From the NCBI GenBank assembly GCA_028534125.1, contig CM052846.1, forward strand, positions 682,001 to 746,000: a stretch of 64,000 nucleotides of DNA. The letters are read 5' to 3'. The DNA is from Lama glama. Taxonomy: Eukaryota. The translations under genes and the position numbers were made by a program. Shown piece after piece: positions 36,501 through 49,575 of this stretch (positions are counted from its first letter, which is position 1; each line of letters opens with the position of its first letter). The notes below the pieces were generated by a model that worked only from the letters and a program-made list of their open reading frames with translations, had not been told where the DNA came from and made no database searches.

Positions 36501-39039
36501 GGAAAATGAAATAAAAATGTCAAAACAGAAATCCAGGGAGCGGCTAAACGTTAGCCTGAGCGCTCTGCTAACCAGCGCGTGACCTTCCTCCATCACTCAC
36601 CCTCCTCGGGTCCTAAGTTCATCCTGGGTTAAATTACGAGTTTGACCCCGACGCCCTCCGCTCCTCTCCGTGCTGGCGTCTGGGATGTCTGACTGAGTGC
36701 AACCCCGTTTCGGGCGGGTTTGAGTGCACACGGAGGCGCGAGGGCCAGTGTAGAGGAAGCCCGGAGACAGCAAGGACTCAGCTCACGGAGACCCCTCGGG
36801 GCAGCGCTTCAGCCGCCGAGGGCGAAGAAGAGGCCTGCCGGAGCCCAGCTACGGGGCCGGGGAGCCGGGGCAGCGCAGAGCCCCCTTCTCCCGAACGAAG
36901 GCGGAAGCACGGGTCTTTGTGCAGAGTTCGCAGCTGCCAGGAGGCGATGGAGTAAAGAGGAAGATACTTATCAGACCATAAACTGACTTTTTATTGCAAA
37001 CTGGGAGTTGAACTTATCTGCATTTCTTTTCCTGTTTATAATATTCTCTAAGTTGTGGGGACCTCAGAGTTCGGAAAATAAGAGACATGAAAAAGTTGAT
37101 GTCCCTTGCAAAATTAAAAAAAATCACATTTTATGTTAGGTTTTAAAAACAGAGGAACAATATCTACACCTGGAACTGAGAACGTGGTTTGACTGTAGTA
37201 TCTCTGTTCAAGTAGCTTCTACTAATTCCAGATTTAGAACATGGAAACGTGTTCATAGAAACCATCGGAGCAAGGCAGGTGGAGGAAGGCATCTGGGAAA
37301 TCTTAAAGCTACACTTGAACGATCACCTTTGGATCTGCAGACTTGAAATACTAGTTATGAAAAGCCTTTCTGTAGCACTGGTCTGCACCGTCTTCTCAGA
37401 CGTGCGGACGGGCATCATTCACTGTGCTGCTTTCTCCGAGGACGGACTAAGGACGGGAGAGGATCCAGCAGCAGCAGGAAGGAGCTGAGCCAGACGTCAC
37501 ATGAACCCACAGGTTCATCAGCCCTGTCCCCAGGAGGCCTTGATTGCAGCGCATTTGACGTGTGCGCGGTCGCCTGGATCCAGGCAGGGCCCAGGGAGGC
37601 TCTCTTGATTTCTGGTTCCCTCCTGGAATCCCTGTTTAGGTCTGTGCCGAAATCCCAGCAGTGGCCTGCGGTGCGTGTAGACCTCTGACACGGCGGCCCG
37701 TTCCCCGTGAGGCTCTGCACCACATCGGGCTCCCTCCTCTCGGCGTCCGCCGCGGGTGCTCTGGGGCTTTGTCGCGCGCGTGTGTAAACGGAGCCAAGTC
37801 GGCTGGCGCTGCCTTACGAGTTAGGTGCCAGCTGCGGTTCGTCCCACCGAATGGACTGGGGGCCCTTCCAAACCAGCTTAAACCAGAGGATGTCTGCTTT
37901 CGGGCTGGGAATGGAGGGATCACAAAGATACAGGGAACACCGCCCCGACCTCACGGAGCGGAGGGTCAGTGGGCAGCCTGGGCACGACGCAGCTGGTGAG
38001 AACACGGAGAAGCCCGGAGCGTGGGTGGTGCAGAGAGAGGCAGGCGCTGGGTGTGGGGGTGACGAGCGAGAGCTTCCTGCAGGCGGATTAGCAGCCCTAC
38101 TGTGCGGCACACCAGCACGTAGTAGGTGCTCGTGAAATGCATCTCGTTGCATCAACAACTGAAGAGATGAATATATTTTGCAGGCAACTGCATGAGGGAT
38201 TTAAAAGGAGGAACAAACCCAAGCATTCAATAGCAAGTCTGTTTAGCTGGCCTTTGCATGAAGGGAGGTGAAGGGGATAAACCTGGAAAAGTGGGCGGAA
38301 ACAAGCTATCTGAGGCTTGATGGTGTAAACTATATTCTGAGGTCGTGATAACAAAGGTGGACTTTGAGCAGAGAAGTGACAGATGGAGGCTTTGACGTCA
38401 CTATTTTTATGTCATGACTCCTCATTCAATCTGTATCGCGTGGTAGGTGATCACCGACACCTGAGTTACCGTTTGAATTCTAGCCAAAAATGGCAACGTT
38501 TTAAGTGGGAAATATGGGAGTCACGTTTCTGAAGACTGCTGTTGGAAGAGGCAGCCTCGCCCTCACCGTGAGGGACGCTGTGCAGGCCAGTGAGGCTCAG
38601 CCAGAGCGCTGGGGCCAGGACCCGGCCTCCTGCTTCCGGGCCGAGCATCGTGCCCCCGACCACCTTTGCCCTGTGGTCCTTGCACGGTGGTGTCCCACAC
38701 GCCCCCACGTGGGCTTCCCCGCAGAGCCTAATCTCCTTCGATTCCATTTCAAAGAACGGGAGGCCTCAAGTCTTCAAGCTCAGACACTCTGCAGAGAGTC
38801 CTGGGTCAATATTTGCCTCCCAGGTATGAAGTTCCCTGTGTCTAAGCTGAGTCTTTCAGCGGAAGCTGAGACCAATTTATGGGAAACCGAAACTTGAATT
38901 TGAAAATGGACCTTCATCAAATTTTAATTATGCATCTTAAAGCATCGAGTTTGGTGAGAGTGATGAGACTCCAAGGCGGGGAGGCTGCCGAGTGCCTGGG
39001 GCGTGCTGGTCAGCGTGCGAGGGTCTGGGGTGGGGGCGG

Positions 39040-39222
39040 CGCCTGGAGCGGAACCGGTCTGGCGTGAGTCCTGGTTCTGCCACTTCCCAGCTGCCGCTTC
39101 TTAGACGAGCCATTCCCCTGAGTTAGCCGCGTTCCTTGTCTATAAAACGAGACTCATAAAATAATAAATAATGAAATAACAAAACCCACTCTCCAGGTCT
39201 CTTCTGCGGTTGCACGCAACGT
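39040..39222 (+). mobile_element. MIR SINE
   Basis: gagtcctggttctgccacttcccagctg...ttccttgtctataaaacgag. Confidence 0.7.
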
Positions 39223-39690
39223 GGAATCCGGTCTTCCTGCCAGTTAAAAATAGCCAAGACAGGTCTCTGCTCTCAAAGAATTTGCCGTCTAGTTAGGGAG
39301 CCGAGGCAGGAGCATGAAAAAGTTAATTAGTGACAAAAGATTAAAATAACAGTTCCAGACAACAATAGAGAAGATGTCACAGGGCTGTATAAGATTAATT
39401 GCCAAATGAGTTCTTTCCACAATAGGAGTTCAAAGAAAGGGGAAGTCGTCTGCCGTTGGGAAGTCTCCCAGGTTCACCGTCAGCCCCGTACGCGGGGAGC
39501 CTTCCCGCTCCCACGGCACGTCCGCCCGGACTCTCCCCGCCCAGCCGGGCCCCAGCCTCCCCCGAGAGCATCTGGCACGCGACCTGGGGCCCCTTAGTGG
39601 GGTTCACGCTCTCACCCCCCAACATCAAGGGCGTGTGCGAGCTAATCTCCTCCAGGACACCGTGAGCATGAGACGCCTGTTCGTCAGCGG

Positions 39691-40010
39691 TGCGTCGCCG
39701 GGTCATTTCTGACTGCAAGTGGCAAAGGTGCAGCCGAAGCCAATCCAGCTTTGGAAAATGTGGATTTGTTGGCTCAGTGGTGGTGGCTCCTGCCTCCAGG
39801 CACCCCGGGTCCCTGGGGCCAGGTGGCCTCGCCAGGACTCTGTGTCTCTCCATCCCTTTGATCTGCTCTCCTCACGGAAGGGGGGTCTCTGCACGAGGCA
39901 GAGAGGCCTCAGTTCCCCCATCACAACGGCCAGAACCCCAGGCAGTGAGCGATTCCCCGGCCTCAGGAGCAGTCCCTCCCAGGACCGTGTGGCTGGCTGA
40001 GGGGGACGTG
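39691..40010 (-). mobile_element. MLT1K-like MaLR LTR fragment
   Basis: gactgcaagtggcaaa...gatttgttggctca...ccaggactctgtgtctctccatccc. Confidence 0.55.
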
Positions 40011-42014
40011 CACGTGACGGTGCCTTCAGGACCCTGGGGGGGGTCCCCACGGCTGGCAAGACAGCAGTGCGTGTCCAGTTCCTGGTGAATCCGAAGCCTG
40101 TATGTTTTCTGTATCAAGGGACAGAGAGGGACGTTTCCAAAGAGACTTGTGGTTTAACGCCTGTGCCTAAAACTCACTGTACGTGTGAGTGTGCATGTGA
40201 CGTGGGAGTGTGCGGTGTGTGTGCCCGTGTGCACGCATGTGTAGAGCACACGCGTCTGTTATGAGTGAGTGTGCATGCGTGTGTATGGTGAGTGGGCGTG
40301 TAGCAGGTGGGGAGGGGCGGGGGAGCCCAGCCCTGGTGGGGAACGTTCCCCCGACACAGACTCACCTCAGGCTTCTCCGTCCTAAAGGGAAAGACGCCAT
40401 AAACGCATGGAGTCCTTTCTCCTCCATCTCTGACCCCTGCGCTGTCGTGAGGAGATGCTGAGCTTGATGTGCCGGCACCAGGAGAGGCCTCTGGCGGGTG
40501 GGAACAGGGCTGGGCCGCGGTGAAGGGGGGCCGGAGGGCGCAGGGAGGCCCCCGCCCAGGCCCCCCGCCCTGTGCCCCCACCTTGGGCGGCTGCTTGACT
40601 GGCGCACGGGTGCCCGTCCAGGCCGGGCTGTCCTTAAACTCCTCGCTCATGGCCGTGTTCCTCTCCGGCTGGGGCTCTTGTTGCTGCAGTGGGAGCCTGG
40701 TCCAAGGCGGGTGTGAAGAACAAGGAGCCACAGGGGTGCCAGGGCAGGGAGCGCGGGCACGCGGGGGCCGGCAGGGCCCATGTGGGGCTGCAGTGGCCCC
40801 GGCAGCCAGTGATGGGCTGATGAGGGCCCATCACAGGGAGGTGTCGCAGGTGTGAAGCAGCCCCCCCGCCCCCACTCTGCGTCCTCACGTTTGGCTGGAA
40901 GTGGGCGACTGAGGCGGTGGTGAGGGACTGTGCAGACGACCGCGGGTGGGAGGGGGGGTCCTCCCCCCAGGGGAGGGGCGGCAGGCAGGAGGCCCCGGGC
41001 TGTGTGGGCCACAGCCTGAAGCGCGGCCCCAGGTGGTGAGCGGGGGCTGGGGAGTCGTGGGCCCTGCGCATCGCCGGCGCCTCCCGGGACGGCAGACGGA
41101 GAAGTAGCCCCCAGCTGCCCCCCACCCCCACCGAGGGCTGTCCTCCTGGCCAGGGGGAACCTTCCCCTTCTGGGGGGGGTCCAGAGTGCAGGTGCAGGCC
41201 TCCCTTGGAGGCGGGAGCTGAACCGTTGTCCAGGTTTGGGGGGCAGGCTGTCCCCTCCCCCGGCCTGCCCAGGAAGCACTGTGCTGGGCCTGGGCTCCAG
41301 GGCCAACCAGGTGTGACCCTGGGATGTGCAGGCGCTCTCGGCAGAGGAGTGAGCTCCAACAAGAAACTGGGCGCAGCACACAGCAGTGAGGCTCGGGGGA
41401 GGGGCCCGAGCTGCTCCCTGGGGGCCCTGGGGGCCTCCTGGGGGACGTGGCACCCCAGTCGAGGTGGAGGATGGGCCGCAGAACCTTCCAGCGGGGGGGA
41501 AGGTGGCTACAGACGCAGAGGACGGGAGGCTGATGAGAGGTGGGCTCAGGCCGAGGGCGAGCGGGCGTGCAGTGGGTCCCCGGCCCTGGGTGTGTGGGGT
41601 GCGGGGACGGCCCGTGGCACAAGCCTCTTGCCTGCTGGTCGGCACCACTGACATAGATGCCGCAGGGACCCGTGGCCCCCACACTCCCAGCCCCGCTTGG
41701 GGCAAGAGGGCAGCTCCGACAGGACCCCGCGCAGGGGTGCCTTCGGGTCTTTTCACAGTTGACCTGGGAGGTGGGACAGACGCTGCCCCCATCACCCCGG
41801 GAGGAGGGGGAGACACCCAAGCCCGCGCGAGCCGTGTGTCGCCCCTGCCCTCCCCACAAGGTATGGACCACACCAGCTGCAGATGCTCCAGGGAGCTCAT
41901 TACAGCCAAGGGTCTCGGACCCACAGGAGCAGAGCCCCATGGGGGGGTGTGCACCTCAGCGTGTGGGGGGCATCGCCCCACGGCCCTGCTTTTGTCGATC
42001 AAAGGTCAGCTTGC

Positions 42015-42062
42015 CTGTCCGGCTGTCCGGCTGTCTGGCTGTCCGGCTGTCTGCCTGTCCGG
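42015..42062. repeat. 8-bp tandem repeat (CTGTCCGG)x6
   Basis: ctgtccgg ctgtccgg ctgtctgg ctgtccgg ctgtctgc ctgtccgg. Confidence 0.92.
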
Positions 42063-43479
42063 TGGGGGTGCTGCAGCTCTGCCTGCAGACTGGCCAGTGG
42101 GTCTGGCGTGGAGGGTGGGTGAGTGAGGACCCCCTTCACGGCCGGGGTGGGTTCTCTCCCCCGGCATCCGTGGGCTCCGGCACCTCTCACGTCGAATTCA
42201 TTCTATGAAACTGCGCTGCCAGCACGGCTGACGGTCACAAGGCATCCCTCGGGGTGGTTCGCTGAGGGGAGGGAGAGCCGCCCTCGGGCCTCTTGGAGGG
42301 GCCGCCCCGTTCGCCCCCGACGTCTTCAAGGAGCGCAGGTATCTCCTGCAGCCGACTGAGGGGGAGGACGTGGGAGGTGCCTGGGGCCCCGGCCATCTCC
42401 TAGTTCATTCCCAGCGGAGGTGGCGGTGACCGCATTTAGATCACACGGTGACCTGGTACCAGAGGGGAGATGTGACCCGGGCTGTCCGTCCAGGGACCCT
42501 GTGGTCCGCGTGGCACAGTGCCATCCCTTCCCCGGCCGGCCCCTTAACAGGTTCCCCAGGACAAGCCTGGAGTACTCCAGGCAGAATTTTAAAGGGAATT
42601 TAAATTATTTTAAAAGAAATCAGATTGGAGACCACAAGTAGAATCCACTAACATTAAAAATTAATGGTGGGGAATGATCTTAAGTGCCATGGACCCCAGC
42701 TGCCCATCAGAAAGGCGGACCCCTGTCCAGCTCCTGCGTGGTCGGCCTTGAGCACCACCAGGGAAAGGGAGGCGGCCGTGCCGTGACCCAGCCCTGTGGT
42801 CAGCTCTGACGGTCACTCCTTCCTCCCTCAGCTTCCACCGGCACAAAGTGTGCATCTGCAGTGACCTGCCAACAGCAGATGCCTTCGTGGGCGGGACAGC
42901 AGCTCGGGAGAACGGGGGGGGGGGCAGGCGGGGACCGTGCTGGGCAAGCAGGACACTGGGGTCGTGGGGGGGAGGACAGGGCATGTCTGAGGGACCCGGG
43001 AGGCAGGGCCACCCGAAAGAGGCCATCTCTCTGGACTTCTCTGACACCTGCCCTGAATGATGGTGTGCGTGTGCTTCGTGTTTCTCTAGCTGAGTGACAG
43101 CCTGGACTGAGGGATGTGGGGCGCTGTGGGGGGTCAGCTCCAGTTTCTGCTCTGATGCTCAGTTTGAAGGGACCGCAGGGTGTTTAAAATCCACAGGCAG
43201 GGAGCGCCCTCTTGTGTCCGCGCAGCACCAGTGCAGGTGGGTGAGAGGAGCAGGGCCCAGGGACCCGGGGCAGGTTAGACTGGAGGTGACTTCAAGGGCT
43301 GCCTGCCTCCTCCTCTGCGCGGAGCAGACAAGGGGCCGGGCAGGGAGGGGAGACTCTCAGCTTTCAAACCTGCTGCCTTTCACCAGCTCCTGCTTTGCTC
43401 AGGAGCAGGGAGTCACTCTCACACCCTCCTCCTGCCGGATTATCCCTGCGGTGTGCGCCGGCCCCTCCGGTCCCCGCAC

Positions 43480-44500
43480 CCCTCCCTCCGTGTCCTTCCA
43501 TCTCGCTCCGCACTCGGTCGCTGCTCCCAGGCAGTGGGTCTCGTCCCCGCTCCGGTCACGTGTCTAGTGTGACGTGTTGCGGACATGTGGCTGCTGTCAG
43601 TTTCTGTAAGCGATGCTGTCTGGTACCTCGCTGTTCTGTCTGCCTCCCGGCCCCGGGGGGCTGAGCTTGGGCACGCTGCCCTGTGTGCACTGAGTCCACA
43701 GCTTCTCATCCTGCCGTGTCTCCACCTGTGTGTCTGCCACCTGTGGCCTCGCCGTCACCCAGCTGACAGGGGCCCTGTACCTTGAGCGTTTCCGGTCGCC
43801 TTCACTACAACAGCGCTGCGGGGGGTGTCCCTGCAGACGCCCTGTAAGGACACGTTCATGACCGGGGGCTGATACATACCCAGAAGTAAAAATGCGGGTC
43901 ACCAGACTAGTAAATTACATGCCTTACTTGGTCGACCGGGTGCTACCAGATCCTGCCAGGTGAGGGCTGCATGAGGCCCTCACACCTCCCGTTCCCCTGC
44001 GACGCTTCACGCTGCCCAGCTGCCCAGTCTTTGCCGGGCAATTATGTGGAAAGTGACTTTATTTCACCTTATCGTCGTTTTAATCTGTATTGATTTGATC
44101 ACCAATGAGATAAGACTCTCTTCTGGTGGCTGACGGCCGTTTGAGTTTCATCCTTAAATTGTCGGCTTGTGTCTTTCAGCCCATATTCTAGTAAGAGTCT
44201 CTTCTTTATCTTAACGGCCTGAAGGATCTCTTCGTGGAAACATAGCATTTTCCCCCGGTGCTTTACACACTGCAAGCATCTTCTCCCCGTAAGTCAGCTG
44301 CTTTTAAACCATGTACCGCGTTTCCTTCATTGAGCAGAAAGTCTTAATTCTGACAAACTCAGAGTCATCATTTTCCCTTGTGCTCTTTGCCTTTGAAGTT
44401 ATTTATAGAAACTCAGAAATCCTCCCCAGTCCTAGTTCAGAAGAGCTTGCTCTGACATTCCCTGTATTGATTCTGTCATTTCACGTTTCACATTTCCTTT
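43480..44500 (-). mobile_element. Very old L1 (L1ME-like) fragment
   Basis: catacccagaagtaaaaatgcgggtca, gttttaatctgtattgatttgatcaccaatgag and ttgagcagaaagtcttaattctga resemble antisense L1 ORF2/3' sequence. Confidence 0.6.
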
Positions 44501-44564
44501 TCTCAGTTGTACAGAATCAAGCTTTGCAAATGACGTTAGGCAGGCATCATGCTTTATTTTGCTT

Positions 44565-44610
44565 TTTTAAAAACATTTTTATCGACTTATAGTAATTTTA
44601 CAGTGCTGTG
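44565..44610 (-). mobile_element. Ultra-short (46 bp) camelid-type L1 3' terminus with perfect 10-bp TSD
   Basis: aacatttttatcgacttatagtaattttacagtgctgtg flanked by tattttgctt at 44555-44564 and 44611-44620. Confidence 0.75.
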
Positions 44611-45321
44611 TATTTTGCTTCTGACTGCAAACTGCTCTCTCCCTGCCGCTCACTTACACAAGGTACCCCACCGAGCTCCCGGGGCACGTGGGGGCAGCTC
44701 GGCAGAGCTCGGGCCTCATTCCATGTGCTCAGCGTCCCAAGTCTGGGAACAATTGGAGCACCTTTCCCCGGACATCCCCGGTTTTCCCGACACCCTGGCA
44801 GGCATGGGGCTTTTAGAAGCTCACCGGGCGGCAGGAGAAGCTTGGAAGGTGGCCGTGTTGGGCTTCCTTCATGTCAACTAGGGGACCCTGGACTCGGACA
44901 GAAACTGTCTCTGGGTGCTCTGGGTGTCCTTACGTAAACCAGTGACCCTGTCTGTTGTAGAATTCCCTCAAGGAAAAGGCCGAAACCACCTGCTGTAGGT
45001 AGATTAACAGGGACGCGCAAAGTGAGTTACGTGCATTACCCCAGTCCCCCAGCGACCATCACTAAGTCACTGACTGATCACCAAGTGTTTCCCCACACTG
45101 TCTTGTAAATGTTGTGCCACTAGCAGTTCATCAGAGCTGGCAGAAGAATTGGAATCCCCTTTGCTTGGACTTCACCTGCTTGGAGAGAGGAGACCTGGGT
45201 GAAGTTTGTGTCAGAATGCCAGTGGTTACTAGTGGAGCCAGGGGATAGGTTTCATTAGCTCTCATGCAGCCTGAGGACTGAGAGCCACTTAGCGCCTCTG
45301 AACCCCAGTATCTTTGTGACA

Positions 45322-45438
45322 GTAATGGCGGCTATGATGGTGGTGGTGATGATGGTGGTGATGGTGGTGGTAATGACAATGGTGATGGTGATGATGGTAA
45401 AGATGATGATTGGTGGTGATGGTGGTGATGATGGTGGC
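45322..45438. repeat. (GGT/GAT)n trinucleotide low-complexity repeat
   Basis: gatggtggtggtgatgatggtggtgatggtggtgg... Confidence 0.9.
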
Positions 45439-45664
45439 ATCCTGCATTCTTACATGATTTTATAAGGGTGATCCTTTGAAGGTGACAGCTTTGGAGGTCG
45501 ACATAGCACGGGGAAGTGGAAAGAGAATAATTCATCTCAGAAATGACCCTTTACTCAAAAAAATGACCTGAGTCATTTAGATAGAAGTATTTTTGGAATT
45601 GGGGAGGGGGTAGCAAATTATGTGGAAAAGTAAATTGTAATTAGAGGTAGCTAATTGTTTGCTA

Positions 45665-45935
45665 AATACACACATGTATTGACCTGAAGGGATATCTATG
45701 TAATATTAAGTACAGTGTAAAATACTACATATTCCATTAACCTGTCTGTAAAAAAAAGGTAAGTGCACAGGTTTTATATACGAAAGAATAAATTATGGAA
45801 GAATACACACCGTATTTTTAAAATTCTAAAAATTAATGGCATAGGTCGGAAGAGGCAGACACTGGATTTTACATTAAGTGTCTTATATTTTTCAAGACAC
45901 TTCGGTGAACATGCATAGTTTTATAAATCAAGTAA
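45665..45935 (+). mobile_element. L1ME-type 3' end fragment
   Basis: atgtattgacctgaagggatatctatgtaatattaagt...tggaagaatacacacc...aacatgcatagttttataaatca. Confidence 0.55.
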
Positions 45936-47649
45936 CTGAAGAAACAGGAGAAGAAACTGCAGGCTGACTGCTGTCAGCTCTTCCAGGTTCCCCGAGGGCC
46001 TTGTCTTTGAGAGGGCCCAGCTCTCTCCAAGGCAGAGGGTGCCCCAGACACGGGGGGGTGGGGTGGGGGGGCGCGTCCATGTGTCCGGGGCTGGTCCTAA
46101 CTGAAGAGCCTCCCCGTCCGGGCCACGTGCTCAGAGTCCCCAGGCAGATGGGCCACGCCTTCTTCACGGGCCAGGTGAGAGGCAACGCTGACAACAACGC
46201 GGTCCGTGTGTGCAGCCTGGGGTGTGGTCTCCCGCACAGCTCACCACTGCCCCACACCTGTCTCCTAGTCCCTCCAGCGGGGAGAACGCCATCCCCCCTT
46301 CAGAGGCGCAGGGAGGGGTTTCGCCTGTTACACAGCCTCGTCCCCGCCTGTGTCTCTACGAAGGCGAAGGCTCTGCGTTCCGAGCGACCTAGTGTCAAGC
46401 TCCGTCTCTGGAGAAGCGTGGCCTCCTTCTGACCCAGTCATGAAAGGCTGGTGAGCATGACGGCAGATTCCCAAACCAGGCCTGACGCTGTCACAGAAGC
46501 ACTGATCCTACAGTCACCTCTGACGTCTGTCAGTGCCAACGTGGCGTCCTCGCTGCTGCTTTAAGAGAGAGAGGCCACCCTCGCTCTGTCTGACGACACA
46601 CAGCTGAGGCTGGCGGGAAGCGGGGCGCTTGAGGGTTCACATCCAGACCCCTCGCTGCTCTCTTCCCTCTGCTCCTGGCTCCATCCTGAGCTGCTTGCTG
46701 TAGACACGCCCTCCTCACCAGCCAAGGATGCCCGAGAGGAAGGGGGTGCTGGGCGCCCCGGGGCGGCCGGGTTCTGTGTGCGGGTGCGCGCATCCGGACC
46801 CTGCGTTGACAGCTTTTGAAATGGGCGGAAAGACGCCCCGCTCTCCAGCCGTGCCAGCGGTTCAAGGCTGAGCAGCTTGTCTCGCAGAGGGACTGGGTGA
46901 AGATGAGTGACCGCGGGCAGGGCCAGGTGCATTGCTGCTCACAGTTTTGTAAGATAAATGAGCAAATTAGATTAGCAGCAGCTGGAGTGTCCCATCCCTC
47001 AGCGTCTGGGGACCAGTCCAGTCTCGCCAGCTCCATCGGGGCCCCTGGGGGGGGCGGGCCAGCGACTGGGTGTCATCTGCTCCACCCAGCTCTCAGCTCC
47101 CGTCTTCCTGCGGCTGGGCTAGAACTCGCCTAAGGTCCAGGGATGCAAGTCTGTGCACGCGCCCCGTCAGGCGAAGGCCTTCAGCGTTCTTCTCCACCTA
47201 AAAGGGAGCTGGAAGCCCAGGATGTGTCATAACAAAGCAACACGAGCCCCCGGCACTCCGGGCCGCCCAGCCGTCAGCCCCCTGCCAGCCCCGGAGGAAT
47301 CCGGCCTCTGAGCCGGGTTCCCAGTGTCACTCCAGCAGGGTGCACAGCCCCTCAGGGAGCCCCTGGGCTGGACGTCAGGGAAGCCAAGCAGCTCTTTACG
47401 CGGTAGTCGTGGGAAAATGAAAGATTACCACTTGAGACGAATTCTAGAAAGCACAGATGTTTCCAGGAGATTTGCATGTTGAGAGAAAGAACTGCGGGAT
47501 AACTTGGTCCGAGTGGCCCCAGGGGCCTCTGAGGGTGGAGCAAGCTACCCTGGCAGACGGTGGGTGAGACTTGCATTCCTGGAGTTACTGGCGTCCGGGG
47601 CTCGGAGGGTGGGTTACTGTGTGGGAACGTCCGCCTTAGATCAGGAATT

Positions 47650-47773
47650 TAAGGCTAAGTCAAAGCGGTTTTGAATCCTGGCCGTGCTGCGCACGGTCCT
47701 GTGACCTTGGCCACTTTTCGAGGCCTGTTCCTTTGCTCGTGAAGCAGACGCGGTGAGTCCTCGCTCTCCCCGC
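47650..47773 (+). mobile_element. MIR fragment abutting the gap
   Basis: ttgaatcctggccgtgc...ctgtgaccttggcca. Confidence 0.6.
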
Positions 47774-48273
47774 NNNNNNNNNNNNNNNNNNNNNNNNNNN
47801 NNNNNNNNNNNNNNNNNNNNNNNNNNNNNNNNNNNNNNNNNNNNNNNNNNNNNNNNNNNNNNNNNNNNNNNNNNNNNNNNNNNNNNNNNNNNNNNNNNNN
47901 NNNNNNNNNNNNNNNNNNNNNNNNNNNNNNNNNNNNNNNNNNNNNNNNNNNNNNNNNNNNNNNNNNNNNNNNNNNNNNNNNNNNNNNNNNNNNNNNNNNN
48001 NNNNNNNNNNNNNNNNNNNNNNNNNNNNNNNNNNNNNNNNNNNNNNNNNNNNNNNNNNNNNNNNNNNNNNNNNNNNNNNNNNNNNNNNNNNNNNNNNNNN
48101 NNNNNNNNNNNNNNNNNNNNNNNNNNNNNNNNNNNNNNNNNNNNNNNNNNNNNNNNNNNNNNNNNNNNNNNNNNNNNNNNNNNNNNNNNNNNNNNNNNNN
48201 NNNNNNNNNNNNNNNNNNNNNNNNNNNNNNNNNNNNNNNNNNNNNNNNNNNNNNNNNNNNNNNNNNNNNNNNN
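47774..48273. other. Assembly gap (exactly 500 N)
   Basis: Run of N. Confidence 0.99.
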
Positions 48274-49137
48274 CACCTGGCTCCTCCGCCCCAGGGCTTG
48301 GCAGGTGCCTGCGGGAACCTTCCAGGCACTCAGACATTAGCCTGCGTGGGAGGCAGGTGACGAGGTCGGTGCCACCGGCAGGTGCGGACGTGGACGTGGA
48401 CGTGGAGGACGTTCCTTCCCCTCCACGCAGGGGAAGCGCAGGTGCGCGACGCAGCTCTCTAAAGCCTCTGTGGGCCTGAGCTCTCCTGTCCCCAGCGTAG
48501 GTCTGCGGACGGACTTGAGGTCTCTGCTCTTGGTCAGCCGTTCCCCTGTCCACGGTTCCCTCTTCCCGGCCATTCCACAAACGGCCCGTCTTTGCACAGG
48601 GTCTGTCCCCGGCTCTGCTCTTCCAGCTGGGTCGCTGCACCAGAATCTCTGCTAAGTCAGTCGCCCGCACCCTTGTCCCAAGAGCCCAAGGTTTGTTGAG
48701 GGAGAGGATGTGTCAGCGGAGGGTCGCCCGAGGGAGACATATCAGGTTGCTCAGCGCTCGGGACCCTGTCCCCTCCGCAGACCAGCTGTGCTCAGAGGTC
48801 GCTCTTGTCGGATGTACAGGGGACTGCGCTCTCATCGGTGATAGCATGGTGGCTCCCAAACCCAGCGTGCTGTACATTTGTTTCCCTGGCTCATCCGGCC
48901 GTCCCTGGAGGCAGGGGTGAGTGTGACAGCCCACAGGTGTATCTCAGGACAAGCTCCTCCTGCTGCGATATACCATGTCGGCTCCTCTGTCTCCCCTCTC
49001 TGAACACCTCTGCCCCTCCCCCAGACCCACAGGGGCGCCTGCCGCCATTTCCTGTGAGTTATTGTACGTGTTGAGTCTCCCATTTAGTTTCCTTAAATAA
49101 AGTTCTTCAATAGCACTTTGAGTGATTATCATAGTAA

Positions 49138-49290
49138 GATTTTTAAATTAAAGTAGAATTCACATACCATAGAATTCATCATTTTGAAGTGTGTCACTCA
49201 GTAACTTTTAGCATCTTCACAAGGCCGTCCAGCGTCAGCATTAGTGAGTTCTAGGATGCTTTGTCACTATTTAAGAAACCTTTGCCATGA
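49138..49290 (-). mobile_element. L1MB-like 3' end fragment
   Basis: aattcacataccatagaattcatcattttgaagtgtgtcactcagtaacttttagcatcttcaca. Confidence 0.75.
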
Positions 49291-49463
49291 ATATTCACAT
49301 CCCCCCACATGCATGCACGCACACACACGTGCACACACACGGACACACACCAGCAGGTTCTTGTCTCCCCGCCGCTTCCCTTTGTTCCCTATTCCCGTCT
49401 GAGTCCCGTGGGCCGGTGCAGAAAGCTCTTTTAGGAACAGAGTGACTGGGCACACGGGACTGT

Positions 49464-49575
49464 CCTGGATGCACAATCTTGACCTCACCACGCCCCAGCT
49501 CTGTGACTTTGGACAAGTGTTTTGTCCTTTCTGAGCCTGTTTCCCGTTTATCACATGAGAGGACTGGGCCACATC
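49464..49575 (+). mobile_element. MIR fragment
   Basis: cagctctgtgactttggacaagtg...ctttctgagcctgtttccc. Confidence 0.7.

Noticed and set aside
42015-42062. Regular repeat considered as CRISPR-like array
   Set aside because: Head-to-tail 8-mers with no spacers in a mammalian genome.
40634-42208. Overlapping long ORFs (242-451 aa) on both strands
   Set aside because: Pro/Gly/Ala/Arg-rich translations are open in many frames at once, as expected from stop-codon scarcity in very GC-rich DNA. No recognisable domain.
45255-45535. Poly-His / poly-Thr-Ile ORFs
   Set aside because: Translations of a (GGT/GAT)n simple repeat.
47641-48670. ORFs spanning the N run
   Set aside because: Artefacts of the assembly gap.
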